Positions 35,001 through 47,499 of a stretch of DNA of 64,000 nt are shown here, in pieces. This stretch comes from Aplysia californica. Taxonomy: Eukaryota. The notes below the pieces were generated by a model. It made no database searches, was not told the DNA's origin, and saw only the letters and a list, made by a program, of their open reading frames with translations. Numbering within the stretch: position 1 is the stretch's first letter; each line of letters begins with the position of its first letter. Where the stretch lies: NCBI RefSeq assembly GCF_000002075.1, contig NW_004798162.1, positions 117,077 through 181,076 of the forward strand, written 5' to 3'. The translations under genes were made by a program, and so were the position numbers.

Positions 35001-37762
35001 TAGATATGTGTGAGTATGTTTCATACACATACTCACGCACAAACATGCTCATATGACCTTATGCAGTTGCAAGCGCCATAAAACAGTTACCAAAAAATTT
35101 TTTTTACACGCAAATGCACACATACAACAGTAACTTGATTAGGCCATGAAAGCAAGGCATTACTAAAACGAGCTCCCGTTAGCATATTTTTGGTTACTGG
35201 GTCTCTGGGGAAAGTGTGTCATGAACTTTCCCCCCTTTGTCTGGGCTTGCAGAGAATGAGCCCTGTCTAACAACAGTTTCCGCAGGCTCTCGTTTGTTTC
35301 TTTTACCTTTTTTCAAAAAAGGTTTCATTAAGAAAGGACTGTGGGAATGGGCTCATCCTTTGCTGAGCCCTAAACACATTTGATTGGCTGTTAGGTTACT
35401 ATCGTTGTAAGCGGTGACTACAGTGATTGGATAAACGAGCAAGTGCGTGTGTTCTCCGTGTGCGACAATAGGCGGAGGCAGAAGATTCTGAAAGTGTTAA
35501 CTGATTATCTCGTTTATTTGTAGAAACATTCATTTACGTAGGGAAAGAGTTGGGGGGAGGGGGGGGGGGGGGCTCAAGCCCTTTAGCCCTTCACTACGCC
35601 CCGCCACTGTAGTTGAATCACAAGTAAGTGATTTAATATATAAAAGATAAGATCCTAAAGAATCACAGGCAACTTAACTTCATTTCCTTTCAATGTGTTG
35701 CATTATTTTCAAGAATTTTGCATTTACAATTACCCCAAGGTGAGATTTGCTGAAGAGTTCACTGATGCAGAAGAAGAAAACAAAGCATAAAAGGACAAGG
35801 GTATAAGCATTAATCAAATTTCATTTAAATGTAGTAGATGTAGTCAAGCTGTTAAATGTTTAGCTGTTCGTCAATACTTTTGCTTAAGTTCTGGTACTTC
35901 GAAAGTATTTTTGTTTCTTCGATGATGTGAAAATTTATGTTGAAGCGATTTAATAAAGAGTAGGCCTATTATGTTCCATAAGTCTCATCAATAATGTACG
36001 TGACATTTATGGCTTAGCAGTGATGTTTTTTTGTTGTTTATTTTGCTTTATTCCATCCACGACTGTTAACATAAAATTAATGTTTTTCCAAGAGTGGCAG
36101 AAAAACGTAATTATGTTGTTGTAACTTCTGAAATATCAACATTTCTGCATCTGTTTATAAACTAAAGTAACAATTAAACCAACTAAATCATTGAGTTGTG
36201 TGTTACTTCTTATTCCTATGTTTAGGTTATTAAAACAGATCACAACATTCATTAAGAAAATTTGAACAAAACTATTTTTATTTTAATCTTTTGGCATGAA
36301 TATTTTTATCTGACAGATATGTATAGAGATATTATTCTCCTGCATGTGACAATGTATTTCAACTCCTTACTCTTGAAAACGTTTGATAAAAGAACACTGC
36401 CGTCTTTGTATCATTCTCTTTTCAGCATGAAATGCCTAAGTCTGAAATATCTTTATTTCTGATTTATTGCAGCACTTCTGTTCACGACTCTAGAGAATGT
36501 TTGATGTATTACTAGTATTCGTTCCTTGATACCCTGTGCATGTTGATTTTACATGTCATAGTCTTGTCACGCTGTGTCAGACTTTTTTATGCTAATCTGC
36601 TATGCTCGAATATTGCAATGCACTACTCTCTTTTTTTCTTCTTTCATTCTTACTCTGTCACTACTGTCCACCCCCCACCCCCACCCCCCCCCCCCCCTCC
36701 TCTCCACCTCCTTTCCCTTTCTGTCTTTTCCAGTTCGTTCGACTCTCCCTCATTCATGATACTTCCAGTTTATTACATACTTTTAAGTGTTGTTGAAAAT
36801 AATGTATCAATCGCATACTTGATCACCGTTTTGATCTTGGAAACTCTCTCTAAGATATAATACTATTGCATGATCTTTGAACTTACTGAAATGTAGATAA
36901 ATAGTACTCACAATTAAATTAAAAGTTATCAGTTAATCATCACTAGGCAGTGAGAAAAAAAGTAACTTTTATTCTTTTTTATTACTGTAAAGCAGAGTCA
37001 AATGGAGTAAGAACCACATTCTATTAACAACAGCCACAAAATGACTTGTGTAAATCGAGAACGAGGAAGAAGAAGAAGCAGGAACTTGTGTAAATAAAAT
37101 CTGTCAGAGCAGCTCACTGAATCAACTTAAAAGTAGGCTGAATGCACTGTGAATATAATATCAGTAACATCATTAGATCTAGATAAAAACAATACAACTC
37201 TTACACATTTTGTTGAAAATAATAGTTTTGAATTTGAGACTTGCTGCTATTTTGATGCATTTTTTATACCCTTAATGTATGTCAGGTCCTTTCTATTCAT
37301 ACCGTTTCTTCTCTCTCTTTCCTTCAGCGCCATGGTGCCTTTGTATGGAGTCGCATGGACCCGATCAGTCAGAAGAAATTCATTGAATATTATCAGCGGC
37401 TGGAAGAACAAGAAAGAGCCCAACAGCAGGAAGGAGGTCCTTCGCCTCCTGAAAAAGCTCAAAGTGCAGTGGTTGTCAGGAGCGCTAACAGTAACAACAG
37501 TAACAGTAACAGATCTGGCCAAAACTCCCCCAAAAGAAGAAGCTCCTCCACCTCCGTCCATCTGAGGTCTCGTGCCGCTTCAAACTCGAATGGTTCGGAT
37601 CCAGTACCCCTAGTGCCTACAGCACAAGCTGCTCCGACCGAAAAACAGTCTCCAGCTCCGCAAGAAAGCCAGAGCCAGAGCCAATTAGAGGCAAAAGCAG
37701 AAGCTGTCACTGCACTCGTGGAATCCAGTGTACCCGATGAATCAAAAGCAGAAGAGTCTTAA
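27465..37762 (+). CDS. CIMIP6: C2orf73/CIMIP6 homologue (ciliary microtubule inner protein 6-like), 5 exons, ~365 aa
   Basis: Exons 27465-27520 (caccATG; MTLFMPPIQRKKKVDEKY), 29361-29658 (..GFLDRNVRFLNEPICN), 30464-30656 (QWWP..PPYAEDTHYRTDY), 32605-32720 (VPVNYL..MSYEHMYNCRSDPSYPIRGK), 37328-37762 (RHGAFVW.., low-complexity S/Q/A/E tail, TAA). Motifs parallel recalled human C2orf73 (FINTNARTYNEP, DWW, PPYDSKSTQRSDF, ISFIHQYDAR..EPLQGKRHGAFV). AATAAA at 38151. Confidence 0.82.
28388..28661 (-). mobile_element. Diverged copy of the 22.7-kb element in CIMIP6 intron 1
   Basis: Begins TTAACC; inverted homology to 22701-23007. Confidence 0.5.
28950..29130. repeat. (TAT/TGT)n trinucleotide low-complexity tract
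   Basis: Directly visible. Confidence 0.9.
31114..32206 (+). repeat. 1,093-bp near-identical direct duplicate of 35572-36664 (probable assembly/haplotype artefact)
   Basis: Constant offset of 4458 (ORFs 31804/36262 and 32116/36574 are paired); only two substitutions noticed; this copy starts immediately after an N-gap. Confidence 0.9.
32858..33021 (-). mobile_element. tRNA-headed SINE (CORE-like), partial
   Basis: Homologous to 40168-40371; B-box GGTTCGAGAC and CCTTGGGAAAGGCCCTTTAC on the minus strand. Confidence 0.6.
34909..35609. mobile_element. hAT-type non-autonomous element
   Basis: TIR CAGTGGCGG/CCGCCACTG; exact 8-bp TSD TAGTTGAA at 34901-34908 and 35610-35617; nested retroposon tail at ~35045-35084. 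Confidence 0.8.
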
Positions 37763-40167
37763 CTCTGTTGTGGTCTAGTTGCAATGCTTTTGATGGTTAG
37801 AACTTACGGACACACTTCTGAATAATTTTTGCCAATTTTTAAACAAAATTGTCAAAATCTGAGTAGTAAGCAAAAATCTAATTATCAACCATTCTCAAGC
37901 TTTTGAACTGAATTTTGTTTCCATTGAATTTTAAAACAGGCTATGTTAAACTTTTTCACAACTTTGGAAACCTGGACCCCGTTGATTTTTCATAGTGCTT
38001 AATCAAGGAATGAAAAAAGAAGAAGTATTAATCAAATAAGTTTTATTTCAAGCTGCATGAGCTTTCAAGAAAAGGGCTGATTGATATTATTTTTATGGAA
38101 AAGATGGGGATGTTGCATGTATCATGCTTCCAACAGCTTTGTATATTGTAAATAAAAGTGCAGGCATATTTTATATCACAGTGTGAGTGATATCTTAAAA
38201 TCAAACTGCATATACCGGTATCAGTACTTGCCTGATATGTATAAAGTATTATGTTTTTTTTATACATTTACATGGAAAAGAAATGTCACTTGCTGCTGCG
38301 CACAGAAAAATGCGCGAGTACCTATGTTGAATTTATTTAAATTTTGACTCCAGCAAAATGAAAAACGTTGTCTCTTTTTAGCAGAGGTATAGGTACTGAT
38401 AATTTTTTTTTTAACCTGATCACTCAACTTCTGTTCATGAACATATGATTAATGCTGTGTGGCCTTATTGAATTGCAGTTTTGTTTCATATTCTTTTTTT
38501 TTGTTTGTTTGTTTCCAATTCTCTTACTTCAAAGAAGAAGAATTTCTATGCATGCAGCAGTCTTTTGTTCTTACAATTACAAGGAAATACCTGTAGTGCT
38601 GCAACTTTAGATTAGAGCATAAGGAAACTTGAGCAAATAGATATTTCTCTGTGGATGACAAACAAGGTTCCGTCTATGCATTCAGCTTCCATTTTTATCA
38701 ATGTAGACTGTTTATCGACTCATTTAAAGTATTGTTAATGAACTGATGCAAGCATGTCTGTGATTCCAGGCATAATATGACTCCTGGTTTTTTTTTTTAA
38801 CTGCTTTATGCCTGCTCTATTACAAAAGTCTTTCCACTCTTTTTATAAGATAAGTCGGTTCAGCACTTCTTTCCATGTACATTTTTCTCTTTTCTTCATG
38901 GGGATGGAGTTGTTAACTTTTTTATTTGTTTTGGTTTGCTGGGTTGACAGTTTGATAGTTCAAATTAAGAGACTGTTGGGGTTTTTTTTTAGCCTGTACT
39001 TATTTATAGAGCTTTCTGCTCTCTATGTATGTAACCCAGATCTTAGATGAAAGATATGAACAGTAATCTAAAGTCTTCAAAGCTGATCTGTACCACAGCC
39101 CATGACCAAAATTGACATTGATATGATAGTACATCAATGTTTATCTCTTTCCATATACAGACTTCGTTGTTTTCTTGAATTTGCCCCTGATATGGTAGAT
39201 TGCAGTTTTCTGCATTGACTTTACACAATAAAGGTCAATGTCTGATATGATTAGAACCGTACAATCCTTTATACCTATTTTTATAATAATAAATTTGAAT
39301 GTGACGATGCACCACAGCACTGCAGTTGTACCACTCATATTTTATTTCTCATGTTGACATGAAGCAAAGATAGATGGGAATGATAATTCAAGCTTCAAAC
39401 TTTGATAAACAGCACAATAATTTTGATGAATAAATTTGTACAGCTCTACCATTTTAGACACAGTAACATAATTTTTAAGACCGTACTCAAGAATACAACC
39501 TCTGTGGGATACTGAAAAAAGCAATCGTTACTTCACCTAAGGGAGGGCCACTGACACAGTCATTTCACAAGCAATCATATGAACATTATAATATTACTAC
39601 AATGTAAATAAAGTATATAAAATAATAACATCACCAGGATGCAAAATGTGAATGTGAGTGGCAATAGACTTGCTCCTTCCATGCTAGAACCTCGCTACAC
39701 ATTTCCTGTATAAATTTTTCCTGGCTGTGATGAATTCTTTGTTGATTCACAATGGGATGTACTGAGCTGTGCAGAATCAACTTTGTCAAAAGAAATAAAA
39801 ATCTTTTTTTTTAAAAACTTTTTATGAAACCTGTTTCATTAAGTGTGTGCTCTTTTCAGAAAGCTCACTGATGACAAGAACAGCCGGGTGCAGATAATTC
39901 ACACATGTCTGGGATTGACAAACATGTTTGAAACTTCCACAATTCAGTTACACCAATATTAATGAAAAATCAAAGCGATATTAGTCATTAAATGGCAAAT
40001 TGTTCAAGCCATCTGTGAATTTAAGATTTCCATTGATTGTGTTATCTTTGCCTGACAGTATTGTGAATTCAAACTGCTACCACTTTCTTCAGAAGCAATA
40101 TTGCGGGGGGGGGGGGGGGGGGGGGGGGGATTTTCCTGTAGATGTATGTTGAAAATAGCGAAATGGT

Positions 40168-40371
40168 ATAGGTTTAACTCCCCTATCAACACAAGTAGGT
40201 TATTTAAGAGGCGGGACCTCTGAGTTTAATATCCATCTCCAAAAGGACCAAGCCAAACAGGAATTTGGTGTAAAGTGCCTTTCCAAAGGTTACGTCTATC
40301 GAGCTGAGGCTCGAACCCTCAACCTGCAATCTCACTATTACGGATCCGGTAGCTAACCACTTGGCTACCAA
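40168..40371 (-). mobile_element. tRNA-headed SINE (CORE-like)
   Basis: Minus strand: A-box TAGCCAAGTGG, B-box GGTTCGAGCC, then CCTTTGGAAAGGCACTTTACACC; second copy at 32.9 kb. Confidence 0.65.
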
Positions 40372-40495
40372 CAGCACCAGATGTATGGTGACTATTTTGA
40401 TTTTGATTGAGCAAAGAAAAACCACAAATATAAAACCTAATTTTTTTTTAAAAAGCAAAAGTTCTGCTTTCCCTATTTTTTTCATCGCTGATATA

Positions 40496-41276
40496 CAGTC
40501 CATGCCGGCTTTAAGCACGGTCATCGGGAGAAAGCATAAGTGTGCTTAATGCCGAAGCGTGCTTGAGTGCGAAGCAGACATAATCCCGAGATTTTCATGT
40601 GTAGGAAATTTCTCCCTTTGTTTGTAAGTAGGCCAGCCGTCCCGCAAAAGTGTGCACTGTTATTTTTACCCGCCATGGTAGTTTTTATAAGCTCGTTTGT
40701 TTTCGTTTTGTGGTCGAAAGGGAAATGAAAACTTAATTTGCACGGCCAGTCGCGATACAGCACACTAGGCCTACAACCTCCGGTGCGTACCACTGCCCGC
40801 TGTGCCACACTCAAACCACCACCTTCATCCCACCTCACGCGTGATACACAATCAGGATTAATGGATAGCGAGGGTCAAAGGTGAAATCGCAGGCAGCCTC
40901 CCTTTCTCGTCTCCCCGACCCTGTTTTTTTTGTGTCTGTGTGTAGCTTTGCCCTAGATTAGATCCTATGTCCACGTGCGCGGCTGCGTGCATCTCTCTGC
41001 CTTCCTCTACGCCCATGTGAGTGTGTGTTTCCATCACTTACATTCTTTGTGTTTCTCTTAATGAACACACTCCACTGCTGCGGTGTAAACTGTGTTCGAA
41101 CTTCGACAGGTCATCATGAAAGAATTGACTGTCTTGTAAATTTGAAGCGTGCCTGAAGCTGGAGTTACCGTGCTTAACGGTGTGCAATTTATATAGCAAA
41201 AATTCGGTAATAGCCGTTTAGCGTGTTGAGTCCGAAACGGGCTTTATGCCGACGTGCTTAAAGCCGGCACGGACTG
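40496..41276. mobile_element. Tc1/mariner/pogo-type MITE
   Basis: TA-CAGTCCATGCCGGCTTTAAGCACG...CGTGCTTAAAGCCGGCACGGACTG-TA: 24-bp TIR with 1 mismatch, TA TSD, no transposase ORF. Confidence 0.85.
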
Positions 41277-41328
41277 TATTGTAATAGAACTTAAGTCAAG
41301 AAAGCAGAATTTAGCAAAATATTCTTAA

Positions 41329-41568
41329 CCCTGTCCGTACGTCGTGTTTTACTATCGTATCCAAACGGCATGGGGAACTTTGAGCCACCACTTTCTAAAG
41401 AGGACATTTACTCGTTAATCCGATCCGTACGCTTTGCATAGCAGTCTGTCAAAATTATTTTTAGAGAAATACTGAAAGTTTCAAAGAGTTCTTCATACTA
41501 GAAGTATTCTAAAATGTGAAGAATACAACCCTGGGTGTACAAAATGACCCCAGGGCATACGGAGAGGG
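41329..41568. mobile_element. piggyBac-type MITE, family P1 copy 2
   Basis: TTAA-CCCTGTCCGTA...TACGGAGAGGG-TTAA; homologous to 15992-16230. Confidence 0.85.
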
Positions 41569-41979
41569 TTAAAGAATGGAACATTCCAGTATGGGCTGAA
41601 AAATGGATTTAAAAAGGAACAAACACAAATCAAAGAACACTGTAATATTCTGTATTTGAAAAGTCATATCATACATGGCACAGTACATGATCTGTGTTCC
41701 AAACATATCATTCATTACAAGTAAGAAATATGATAGTGATTTGAGACTACTTTACACCCTTTCGCACCTCTCACCTTACTGTATGTGAACAGAGAAGATT
41801 TTTTTTTTTTTGTTAAGCTGACTGAAGCAAATATTTTGAGCTTGAGTCTATATAACAACAACACAATGGGCACAAAATGACAGAAGGAAGAAAATGAACT
41901 GACACGAAACAAATTATACATGTGCAAAACCCATTTCTCGTTACCATAAATGCATAAATATATATGTTAAAGAACTTAA

Positions 41980-42115
41980 CCCTTTGAGCCTGCCACTGCC
42001 CCATCCCTCTCCCCAAGCACCTGTCAGTCAACAGCAAGATATATACACCACCACAGGCTGAAAAGTGCTGTCAATGCTTGTAAAGATAAAGGTACTCACG
42101 CTCAGGCGCATAGGG
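41980..42115. mobile_element. Small piggyBac-type MITE
   Basis: TTAA-CCCTTTGAGCCTG...CAGGCGCATAGGG-TTAA (11/13 TIR match). Confidence 0.7.
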
Positions 42116-43637
42116 TTAAACTCAATATAATTTATATACAAGATCAGATAAAATACTTTTATATGCCTACAACCTGACTAAGATTAAGAACAAAATAAGA
42201 AAATGCCTGTTCTCGAATAATCTAAATAACCTAACCCAAACAATACTCCTGTATTGCAGCTATTGTCTATTCCATAAAGCTACAAGCAAAAAGACAAGAT
42301 AAAATGAAGGAATTGACTTCCAAGCCCAGTAGAAGATAAACTCTCAGGTCTATGGCTTTAAGGACTGAAAAAAAGATTGAAAAAGTATAAGAACCAAGCT
42401 AGGTGACATGAAATTAGCACTAAACAGAAAACATAATTTGTTCGGATCCTGTATACCATGGGTAGGGCACCAAGCTAACGTATGCAAAAATTGCAAATTT
42501 CTTAGAAAAAAAACCGATACAACCAGGGATGTGTTTATTTAAAACATGCCTATCTAAAATAACAGAAGAACTTGCATCTTTATGCTCATAAACCGAAAAG
42601 AATTCAAACTCTAATGCAGCATGTTTAACACTTTGCAGTCACACAGCCAGCAGTACAAAATACCTCATCTGGTCACCCAACCAGGAAATTGACTGCAACA
42701 GACTTCTCGGGCCTGGCGCCAGGTGATCGGAACAGATAATTTCCACTGTCGCATTATTGCGCCAAGTGACCTCATTGTGTTAAAAATATTATACAACTGT
42801 ATTCTAAAAAAACAAGATTTATTAATTCTAAAACTACTGAGTAGGGAATATTGTCTAATTCAAAGTACTGGAATGTACATGGGGGAGAAGCACTGAACCA
42901 ACAATAGCTCGAAATCGGCCACAATTTTTTTTAAAGTGTACAATTTATTCATATCACTTACAACTTGCAGCAACACAAGGCAAAAACTCTTTCTTTCCAC
43001 TCAAAATACAGTTGCTTTTGTTTTTAACTTCAAGTTACACTTTCTCTTTCATGCGCATACAACAATCAGAAACCCAGCAGTCTTTTTTAATCTTACCACA
43101 GGCATAGAGTCGCTCTTTACACCGAAAGTAAAAGACTTTATACCCATTTAACAATTACAATTATCACTCCATTCACTTCACCTTACTATAAGTTCATTGA
43201 CGTACAGAAGTACAAAACAACAAAAAGACAAGAGGAAAACACACATAGCCCCATTGGCAGTGGGTCCTGGGTTCAAATCTCGCCTGCCCATATTGAGCCA
43301 AGGTGTTATACAGTGATGTACTGTAAATGGCAATTCACAGGGACAAAAATCTCCACAATCACTTCCCATTTTTTTTTAAACAAAAAAATCAAGAAAACCA
43401 AAAAGCATGGTTATTTTATTTTGATAGTGGGGCTGGGGGTAAAAAAACAACAACAACACAAAATAGAAACACTGTAACCAAAATTAATCTTGTGACATCA
43501 AAGACTGTACAAAATAAAACTGCATAAACCAAACAAACACATTTGACATAAAACAAACACATGTATTTCACCAGCACCAAAACAGCACAGCATTTACAAA
43601 ACGGAACAGATACACACATTTTGTTTCAGTAAGCGTA

Positions 43638-43795
43638 TTACGGCACTTGCAACACAAAAAGGTCATATAAGTGCCGAAGATTAGAGGTGTTACAAGAGAG
43701 TAACAAACACAAAAAAGGAGGGGAGATTAAGACGATAGATGTTTGATAGGAAGGAAGAAGCAAACCACACCAGAGCACCCGCCAGCCAATCTCCC
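43638..43795 (-). mobile_element. Retroposon 3'-end fragment, family A
   Basis: GGCACTTGCAACACAAAAAGGTCATATAAGTGCCGAAGATTAGAGGTGTTACAAGAG is shared with the other copies. Confidence 0.65.
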
Positions 43796-46026
43796 ACAGA
43801 TATACACATCTCCCTTTACCCTCTACAAACAAAAATAAGACGTCGTACTCTCTCAAAGGCCACATACTGTCAGTGTCACATCCAGTCCACATAACCAAAA
43901 CCGGTGCCATGCCGCTTCTCTAAACACCAGACAGAGACAGTTTGCTCTGTGAAAACAGGGCTGCCCACCCATCAGCATCTATTTTAGCAATCAATAAATA
44001 TAAATTTAATAATCTGGCTTCAAAATTCATAAAATGGCTTTGACACTTATGAAGTTTTATTTTCTATAAGATCAAAATGGCACTGGGGGACTACAGACAG
44101 ACTACAGGGGCTTTATGCAGAGAGGGTGTTAAAGTTAGATCTGCACGTGACTTTGTGATGTCCTGGCCATCCGGGTCTGGTAGTTTGGCTTCCCTTTTAC
44201 ACCTTGGAAGGTTGGCAGTGGGTTGGGGTAGCCAAAATTTGAAAAAATCAGAATCAGGGATATTACGATCGTATTATCGTAAAACTGAATAAAGATCGCA
44301 ACGATTCTGCCAAATTCATAAAGATAGGCAGCTGTAAAAGATTTGTGTCTTAAGCAGTTGACCATTACCACTGTAAAACCTGGATAACTTTCCTTTGTGC
44401 CGACATCTTTGCAAGTGCCAGGTGCAGCTCTCCAAGGCCGCTCAAACCTCCACATAAGCACATTGGCTTAACTGAGTCCTGCTGGCAGTGAACACACCTA
44501 TCTTCTATCTCACTGTCACAAGAAATTTGAGTAACTCCAACCAAATATGTTTTAAAATTTTACTTACCCTGTAAAGCATGGTCAATAGTTTCTCAATTTT
44601 CTTGTGACACTGTTACTACCCCCCACCCCAAACACACACCCACACACTCGCACACACACACCCACACTCAAAACTATACATGACATCTCCATTACCACAG
44701 GACAAATACACACACCTGTACACATACAAAACATCCTGCTGGCTAACAAGGAAGCAAAGAGAACACTGCCACGGTACCTTTTACAACAAAATATAAGATT
44801 CCAGCACTGAGCACAAGAGAAACAATCAATTCACAGGTATATGTGTAAACCTTTTTTGTTTTTATGATTCCAACCCTAGGTACAAGAGAAGTGCAGACAT
44901 GAGGGGAATCTTCAGTAAACTTATTTTTTCCATCTCCTCCAAAAGTTTTTTTGGGTATTAATAAGTGTTTTTATGACACTTGCAACACAATATCCTCCAA
45001 AAGTGGGATGTTGTTGGCTATGAGGACAGCTAATGACACTGACTCTCCATTGTCAGTATGTTCACACTGCATTTGATAAATGAGCAAAAAGTACAGAGTT
45101 GTTCCATCTTTCCCCCCACTCCAGAAACAAGAGTCAGAGACAATACATCACAAAGTCAACATCATACATCAACAACACATCTCAGCACAGACTTTTACCA
45201 CTACAGAAGTTGCACCAGCTTACTGCTGTCCAGTGGATCTAACTCCTATCCCCAAACCCATCGGAAGGGGTGGGGGTGGAGGGGGGGGGGGGGAGTTCAA
45301 AATCAGGCCAGGATGTTCAACCCATCACAAACAAGGCAGACACTATACACTCTATAAGTATAGATTCTATTTTGATAATAGATAATTTGTCTTAGTCACA
45401 ACATTGTACTACAGTTGGACGGATGTACGAATTATCAAGCACAAAGGAGGGGGATTAAAAACAGATATTGGAGTATCTAAATATTTCTAACAAATGAGGT
45501 ATGAGGACTATTATAAGAAATCCATCTCTGGAGGAAATTTATTGTCCCTGTCACCTCACTTTAAACATTAGGAGGCAGACTTAAACATTATTTATGTATT
45601 AAAACTGGCCACAAAGAAGAAAACATACTGTCCAGCTTACTTTTTCCAGTTCATTGGTCAATTTTAAATAATCAAGATCTGAAAATGAAAAGTGTACTGA
45701 TGTCATAAGAAAGTGTACAAAGAAGAATATTTTACTAAATACAGTAAAATCTAAGTTTTCTTCTTGTGACTGCCATAAATAATGTTCTGATGGAGTTCGA
45801 GAAATGGGATAAAACTTCTGTGGATGAGAAATGATATCTAGAGGATGAAAAAATGGAACTATGTTATTTGACCAAACAGCAACCAACAACACACCATGAA
45901 TTTTTCACTTCTCATAATATTTTGAAGCTTAAAAAACAACACAATCACATAAAACTGTCCTAGCTTTCTCTGCTACTGGGTTGTAAAAATTCCAATACTC
46001 CTTCTATAATCAGATTATAGCTTTAA

Positions 46027-46537
46027 CTCACCCAACCCTAGGCCTACACTTTCAGGTTCTCAGCTCTCCTTAGAGATTTTTATCACTTTTTGAAAAATAG
46101 AAAAAAAAGACAACATTTTAACATTGCCTATTCAAATTTGGTACATATTTTATTCAAACCTTTATTTGTGTGTGTTGAAAATTTGAAGGCAAAATGTGTC
46201 ACTTTTAATACAATACTGCGTGGGAAAAGGTCTATATATACAGAGTCAAAAAGTAAACGAATAAGCGAAGAAAGGAAGACTAGAGCGTTCAAATTTCGCA
46301 CCCCCTCACATGGTTCACGAATATAGCTTTCTTTGCTCTAGATTTGGGCTTTCACTTCTGATCATGGTCTGTTTCAAACGAAAAATGGTTACTCTTCCAA
46401 TTAGGCTATTGTCTGCTTCGCACATAAGTAGTGTTTTCAGTCACGAGAGTGAAATTTTCCATACACAGATACTGTCGACATAAGAGTTGGAGCGCTGCAC
46501 ACGCATACCGATATTATCGGCATTAGGGCTGGGTGAG
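46027..46537. mobile_element. TTAA-type MITE with CTCA termini
   Basis: TTAA-CTCACCCAACCCTAGGCC...GGCATTAGGGCTGGGTGAG-TTAA. Confidence 0.75.
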
Positions 46538-47499
46538 TTAAAAATCACCAACAGGGAAAATGGGACAAAATAAAAACCTGAATCTCAATACCTATAAACA
46601 AAAAGTTACCACAAACGTATACGGTCCCATTTACTTATTTTCAACGGAAGTCTGCTGAATGATAAAACAATTGCTTTATATGCACAGTGCACATTATAGG
46701 TGAAATTCGTACAAAGCCAACAATGCGCGAAATATGCGCACCCATACAAAATGTGAACACAAAAAAAAATATTTGGAAGACACAGTGAGCGCACCAGCAC
46801 ATATGTGCCACTCAGTGTGAGCATATTCAAGGTCATAACATAATTCCTTCACACACGACTGAAAGAAAAGCATGTCTAATAAATTGAAAACTAAGCGATA
46901 TCAGTTAAAAACAACGCAAACACTAACTCAATACCAGCAATTTGGGCGGAATTTACCACTGCTGACAGTCAAATGAAGAGTATTGCAAAAAAAGTCATTC
47001 TGTCCATACTAATTCAAAGATTCACACAAAAAATTGCCATCCTAAACATAGAAACAGAGGTGTGATTTTAAAGAAACAGAAACGAGTTATCATAATTAAT
47101 TTTGAAGTGACTAATTTTTAACATGACCCAATTTTTCCACATTGTTTTTCAAATTTGTGTCATTTATCAATGGATATTACAACAACAACAAAATCCAAAG
47201 GAGCAAAGGGAGCAATAAATCAACACATACTTTGAAAAAATAATATTCAGTACCATTATCTCCTACATTTGTGAAACATGTGAAAACATTTGCCTATAAA
47301 CAAAAGAATTTCACAAGACGGACACCAAATTGTTGTCATGGTCCCTAAGCTTGCTTAAGTGATGGTATTTTTTGGCTGGTCTTTCAGGTGCATTACCATA
47401 CAGCTCATCTAAATCCTCTTGATCATGTTGGGTTTTTAAAATATATCTGAGATCATCATTATGAGTCTCTGAAGTAGATCTTCTTTTCACTCATCTCTA

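Noticed and set aside
31804-36462. Duplicated 66-aa ORFs as a paralogous small-gene pair
   Set aside because: TTG-start, AT-rich ORFs with no recognisable motif inside an intronic duplication that is probably an artefact.
37247-37710. Antisense ORFs over the last exon of CIMIP6 (and plus-strand ORFs at 51119-51761 over ASB3)
   Set aside because: Shadow ORFs of GC-richer coding exons with no independent evidence.
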